Part shown: in pieces, positions 59,365 through 63,122 of the stretch
Layout of the letters: each line of letters starts with the position of its first letter
Numbering within the stretch: the stretch's first letter is position 1
From: an uncultured Gammaproteobacteria bacterium
GTDB lineage: Bacteria > Patescibacteriota > Microgenomatia > CAYXHB01
Length of the DNA stretch: 63,122 bases
Assembly: GCA_964561945.1 (NCBI GenBank)
Contig: CAZLQM010000004.1
Location: forward strand, 1-63,122
Direction of reading: 5' to 3'
The notes under the pieces: generated by a model
Told to the model about the DNA's origin: nothing
Databases searched by the model: none
What the model saw: only the letters and a program-made list of their open reading frames with translations
Program-made: the position numbers and the translations under genes

Positions 59365-59814
59365 CTACCCAATCAAGCTCAAATCACCCTCAAGAACTAC
59401 TGGTTGCATTCCAAGTATTTCTTCCTTGAAAGCAGACTCTTTGGGTAAGCTGTTTAAAATGAAAATCTTTTTATCTTTTCCAAACGCGTAACCGATCTCC
59501 AAGAAAGTATTGCCACCGATGTAATCCTCAACTCCACGCTTTTCGTAGTTGGTAATTAAAACTGCGTCAGATTCGTCAATCTTTTTAAGATGTGCTTTTA
59601 TCGCCTTACCTTTCTTTTTCCAAACTTCATGACCTTGTGGAAATGCGTCAACTCCACCGTGACGATCAAAAAAGCTACCGACCGAAGTATCATCGCCTTT
59701 AGTTTCAAATTCCAGTTCTGGAGCCACAACTGTATGCCCAAGTTTTTCGAGCTTCTTCTTCACCTCTTGAAATTGATGATAGAAAGCCATTGATGAGCAG
59801 ATGCAGATTTTCAC
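59365..59814 (-). CDS. nucleoside 2-deoxyribosyltransferase-like protein (islet copy)
   Basis: 149 aa. MKICICSSMAF... and GGNTFLEIGYAFGKDKKIFILN resemble the NDT-fold catalytic-Glu motif. Confidence 0.5.
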   Translation of the reverse strand: MKICICSSMAFYHQFQEVKKKLEKLGHTVVAPELEFETKGDDTSVGSFFDRHGGVDAFPQGHEVWKKKGKAIKAHLKKIDESDAVLITNYEKRGVEDYIGGNTFLEIGYAFGKDKKIFILNSLPKESAFKEEILGMQPVVLEGDLSLIG

Positions 59815-59817
59815 AAT

Positions 59818-60381
59818 TCAAAAATTAAAATGATTAACAATTAACTCGGCAGACTCATTTGCAGAATGTCTGGTCGTGTCAATTCTTAGATGATTAGGAA
59901 AAGGAAATTCATCCTCTTCAGAGTTCATTCTGTAATTCTCAGTGTCAGCAAGTAAGTTGTTATTTGACCACTCAACATTTCTTTTCGAGGTTTTATGTTG
60001 CAAGCGGTTTTCGGTGGCGTTTCGCTCCAACCGAGTATCTTTATCACCCAGAAGTTCAACGTAGTAAACACTATGACCACCTGCAATAAATTTATCATTA
60101 AATTCTCTTACTTTTCCCCAGTCGCTTTCAAGATCAAAAGCCCATATCATGGTGAATATAAAACCCCCCAGATCTTTTGAAGTAGCTACCTCGTTAATGA
60201 TTTCTGTTCGAAAAAGGTTCACCAATCTTTTTCCCGCTGTAGTGAAGTAATCGAAAAAGTGCGAAACCAAATCAATTGTCATATGATTATGGAGTAAAGG
60301 ATAGCCAGTCAATTTAAACAATTCTTGTGCTATGGTCATCTTACCTACTGCATGGGGAGCAAATATAAATACACTATTCAT
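59818..60381 (-). CDS. P-loop NTPase / small-molecule kinase-like protein
   Basis: 187 aa. The Walker-A-like motif is IFAPHAVGKMT, in a compact kinase-sized fold. It overlaps the upstream HIT gene by 8 nt. Confidence 0.45.
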   Translation of the reverse strand: MNSVFIFAPHAVGKMTIAQELFKLTGYPLLHNHMTIDLVSHFFDYFTTAGKRLVNLFRTEIINEVATSKDLGGFIFTMIWAFDLESDWGKVREFNDKFIAGGHSVYYVELLGDKDTRLERNATENRLQHKTSKRNVEWSNNNLLADTENYRMNSEEDEFPFPNHLRIDTTRHSANESAELIVNHFNF

Positions 60382-60874
60382 AACTTTGTTTAATTTTTCC
60401 TGCTAATTCTTTCAAATCTTCAGGGTTTGCCATCGGTCCACTACCCGAAGAAATCCAACCCTCATAATTATCAAACCAGAATTCTTTTTCACTTAATACC
60501 TGTTTCCATTCACCTTGTTTTAAATATTCAGTGCCGTGCATAGGAACAAGCTTTACGTGAGCATAGTTAATGCCCGTGCCCTCCATTATTAGTCCAACTC
60601 TCCCAACATCATCAAAATAATTTTCAAGAACTTGTGCTACTTTTTTGGAGGCAATAATAAATTTTTGCAAAATATTATCAGGCATTTTTAGTACATCACT
60701 ATCGAAATGCTTTTTGGGTATTACACAACTAAATCCTTCTGTGTTTGGATCAATGGAAAGGAAAGCCATAAACTCTTCATCTTCCCAGAATTTTCCCGCA
60801 GTTTCTATATTTCCTGTAACGATCTCACAGAAAATACATTTATTGTCTTTTGTTGTTGGTTCGTATTTGCTCAT
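60374..60874 (-). CDS. HIT-superfamily protein with a degenerate histidine triad
   Basis: N-terminal KCIFCEIVTGN, typical of HIT proteins. The triad position reads NYAHVKLVPMHG instead of HxHxHxx. Confidence 0.55.
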   Translation of the reverse strand: MSKYEPTTKDNKCIFCEIVTGNIETAGKFWEDEEFMAFLSIDPNTEGFSCVIPKKHFDSDVLKMPDNILQKFIIASKKVAQVLENYFDDVGRVGLIMEGTGINYAHVKLVPMHGTEYLKQGEWKQVLSEKEFWFDNYEGWISSGSGPMANPEDLKELAGKIKQSYE

Positions 60875-60887
60875 GTTTATTCTTTGA

Positions 60888-61514
60888 TTAGTCTTTTATT
60901 ATATCCTTGCTCAACCCAAAATTCATACGCTTTCCATACATTACATCATCAGGTATTTCTTGTTCAATCTGAAAACCTTTAGCTGGATACTCTTTGATTC
61001 GTTGCAAGCCTCCAACCATTGCATTTAGCCAGTGTTCGTCTTTACCGTTTGATTTATTTGGATATTCAGTTACAGGAATAGGTGGCGAAGTTACAATTAG
61101 CTCCACTTCTTTGGGCAAATGTACTTTTCCAGTCGCATAAGTTCGTCATTCCATATACGGTTCTTGCACTGCGATAATTGTTTTCGGACTTATGCCTCTT
61201 TACGCTAACAGATTAAGAGCAAATTTATAATTTTCACCAGTATTTTGAGATTTGTTCTCAGTCAAAATTACTTCATCAGGTACACCTAGTTTTCGTGCGA
61301 CATTGGCAAAAACTTCTACTTCGGCGCTTCCTACAAATTGCTCGCGACCTGGCTTGTGATTATAGACATCACCAGAACCAGAAAACAAAACAGTTGGGGC
61401 TAATCCGTCAAAATAAAGTTTTACCGCATATTCCGTAACTCGAATATCACGCTTCCCAAGCACAAAAATTACATCAGCTTTTTTAGCTCGTGATTTATGT
61501 GCATATAGTCCCAA
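60888..61514 (-). pseudogene. YdcF/DUF218-family gene with two in-frame stop codons
   Basis: A single frame reads ...KADVIFVLGKRD...SAEVEVFANVARKLGVPDEVILTENKSQNTGENYKFALNLLA[TAA 61200-61202]RGISPKTIIAVQEPYME[TGA 61146-61148]RTYATGKVHLPKEVELIVTSPP.... No frameshift. Confidence 0.7.
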
Positions 61515-61545
61515 GTTTTCTCAATTGCTTCTTGTTTATTCATAA

Positions 61546-61750
61546 TTATTCAAGTAATTCATCACTCGTTACCTCAAGCGCGGCAATTTTTTCAATAGTC
61601 ACCAATGTTGGATTATTTTTACCAGCTTCAATGTTGCTCACATATGCACGGGTCCAAGCCCGTCTTTCGGCAAACGTCGCCTTGCGTCATCTGCTTCTCC
61701 TCACGGATACGTTTGATATTGTTTCCCAACTTTATTGACGGATTTTTCAT
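61546..61750 (-). pseudogene. XRE-family (Cro/C1-type) HTH regulator with a 1-nt insertion frameshift
   Basis: MKNPSIKLGNNIKRIREEKQMTQGDVCRKTGLD, then a shift at the GGG/CCC run (61650-61652). With one base removed it reads RAYVSNIEAGKNNPTLVTIEKIAALEVTSDELLE*. Total length is 205 nt, i.e. 3n+1. Confidence 0.65.
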
Positions 61751-61972
61751 ATCTGTAAGTACAGCATATTACTAGTTGTTGTTTGCTACAATCATGACAA
61801 CCTCTTCAAAGCGACGAAGCCAAAACCATAAAATTTCCTATCATTTTTAGTGCGGCTCCCCCAGACCCCCCGCCGGAAAAATAATTGTAAGGAAATTTTT
61901 GGTTTTGGTTAGCGACCGAAGGGAGCGCGAGACGACACGATCGCTCCTGCAGTTTCAGGCAAAAGTGAAAAT

Positions 61973-62063
<91 letters not shown>

Positions 62064-62081
62064 CTAAAGTTACAAATACGG

Positions 62082-62155
62082 TGCACCCAGGGGGATTCGA
62101 ACCTCCGACCTACAGTTCCGCAAACTGTCGCTCTATCCAACTGAGCTATAGGTGC
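62082..62155 (-). tRNA. tRNA-Arg (anticodon GCG)
   Basis: The reverse complement is GCACCTA-TA-GCTC-AGTTGGATA-GAGC-G-ACAGT-TTGCGGA-ACTGT-AGGTC-GGAGG-TTCGAAT-CCCCC-TGGGTGC-A. There is one A-C mismatch in the T stem. Confidence 0.8.
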
Positions 62156-62213
62156 ATTAAGCCTATTTTACCTCATTTATCACTTTTTATACTATTTTCG
62201 CTTCAACCTAAAT

Positions 62214-62807
62214 CTACTTTACACTCCATTTAATTCTTCGTTCCAACCATTTAGCCGATTTATCCACCCAATTAGGCAAAGGCTCATCCTCAACCAAAAA
62301 CTCAACCAATACCTCTCTCAACACCGCCTCAGTTTCATCACTATCAATCATCACTCGCAAATGTCGTGGCCACACCTGCAACAACTCAATCACCAGCATC
62401 CGATTACCCTCTTTACCTTCAACCCAAAACCGCGTCATGCTCTCCCAATAATAAATTTTATTACTAGTTTCAATTCCCCAAGTCAACAATTTGTGAGTCG
62501 CTTTTTGGGGTTTTACCGTCCCCAAGACATACCAAAGAAACACAAAACTCGCAAGCATAATCACAGGAATAATTCCTTCAATAAAAAACAATATCACTCC
62601 CAATAACAACACTCCCGCCAAAATCGTACTAAACACTTCTCTATTTAACTGAGTAAACGGCCGATCATAAGCACTCCACTCCATTATCAATTCTTTCTGA
62701 ACAGGTCCACCAACCCGTGGTGAAATTTCCAGTCCTCCATCTTCCTCATCCATCAACACATCTTCTAATTCCTCTTCTTTTACTCCAGTTTCTTTAGTTG
62801 TTGCCAT
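62214..62807 (-). CDS. hypothetical membrane protein (acidic N-terminus, two TM helices)
   Basis: Start trimmed to MATTKETGVKEEE (ATG 62807). TM pair VFSTILAGVLLLGVILFFIEGIIPVIMLASFVFLWYVLG. Confidence 0.5.
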   Translation of the reverse strand: MATTKETGVKEEELEDVLMDEEDGGLEISPRVGGPVQKELIMEWSAYDRPFTQLNREVFSTILAGVLLLGVILFFIEGIIPVIMLASFVFLWYVLGTVKPQKATHKLLTWGIETSNKIYYWESMTRFWVEGKEGNRMLVIELLQVWPRHLRVMIDSDETEAVLREVLVEFLVEDEPLPNWVDKSAKWLERRIKWSVK

Positions 62808-62912
62808 AAAACGACTATACCAGAAATTAACTCCCAAGATAAGCTGACACAAACACAAACAACAGGTATAATTCACCTAAAGTTTTCAAAAAACTTACAC
62901 ATTAATAAATCA

Positions 62913-63003
62913 GGAGGAGTCGCATAGCTCGGTCCATTGCGGGGGATTGCTAATCCCCTGAGTCGTAAGACTCACGTGGGTTCGAATCCCACCTCCTCCG
63001 CCA
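62913..63003 (+). tRNA. tRNA-Ser (anticodon GCU), CCA encoded
   Basis: Acceptor GGAGGAG/CTCCTCC, anticodon arm GGGGA-TTGCTAA-TCCCC, variable arm GAGTC-GTAA-GACTC, T arm GTGGG-TTCGAAT-CCCAC. Confidence 0.9.
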
Positions 63004-63122
63004 ATCAAGTGGGATGAGAAGCTATAGTCCAGCAAGCGCAAGCGTGATGGAAATCCCACCTCCTCCACCAATCAAGTGGGATGAGAAGCTATAGTCCAGC
63101 AAGCGCAAGCGTGATGGAAATC
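63004..63122 (+). repeat. 67-bp tandem direct repeat, each unit ending in a copy of the tRNA-Ser(GCU) 3' end (att-like); truncated by the window edge
   Basis: Unit 1 is 63004-63070. Unit 2 begins at 63071 and its 52 visible nt are identical to unit 1. The tRNA 3' 19-mer aatcccacctcctccgcca (62985-63003) recurs at 63052-63070 with one change (g->a at 63067). Confidence 0.85.

Larger units (their letters stand above)
59124..61972. mobile_element. putative horizontally acquired genomic islet adjacent to the 3' end of tRNA-Ser(CGA); no integrase seen
   Basis: G roughly equals C here by hand count (59161-59220 G12/C11; 59281-59340 G16/C16), versus G2-6/C15-17 in flanking native lines. It ends 1 nt from the CCA end of the tRNA at 61973. 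It contains 3 intact and 2 disrupted genes, all on the - strand. Confidence 0.55.

Noticed and set aside
63004-63122. CRISPR array.
   Set aside because: The units are directly abutting 67-bp repeats with no unique spacers, and each contains a tRNA 3'-end copy. No cas genes are present in the window.

Overview
This 63.1-kb window looks like a small-genome bacterium of the CPR/Patescibacteria type. That assignment is an inference from gene content only: an archaeal-type triosephosphate isomerase, a short alpha-glucan phosphorylase, many GT-C membrane glycosyltransferases, LysM/LTD surface proteins and no biosynthetic operons. I support about 60 CDS on both strands and 5 tRNA genes: Ser-GGA, Arg-CCG, Ser-CGA, Arg-GCG and Ser-GCU. 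I saw no rRNA, CRISPR array, transposase or integrase. Recognisable genes include pyrD (3' fragment), lepB, an RND efflux pair, rpiB, tpiA, a membrane-anchored ClpA/B-type AAA+ protein, a FIST/histidine-kinase/response-regulator module, msrAB, mutL, mutS, an alpha-glucan phosphorylase, ogt, uppP, rpoD, dnaG and ddl. A large envelope-glycosylation cluster spans 38.6-49.7 kb. The genetic code appears standard, because TGA terminates several conserved genes. The most striking signal is at the DNA level. The + strand is extremely G-poor and C-rich whichever way the genes run, so + strand and - strand proteins form two amino-acid composition classes and even stop-codon choice differs by strand. Against that background, several segments with little or no skew stand out as probable recent acquisitions. 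One is a 2.85-kb islet (59.1-61.97 kb) abutting the 3' end of tRNA-Ser(CGA); it carries a nucleotide-metabolism-like cassette and two decaying genes. A second is a G-rich 67-bp tandem repeat carrying copies of the tRNA-Ser(GCU) 3' end at the window edge. A third is a partly skewed three-small-ORF cassette at 2.8-4.1 kb. Several gene lesions (in-frame TGA/TAA/TAG) have the G->A (+ strand) signature predicted by the skew. All functional calls come from motif recognition by eye; no database search was possible.
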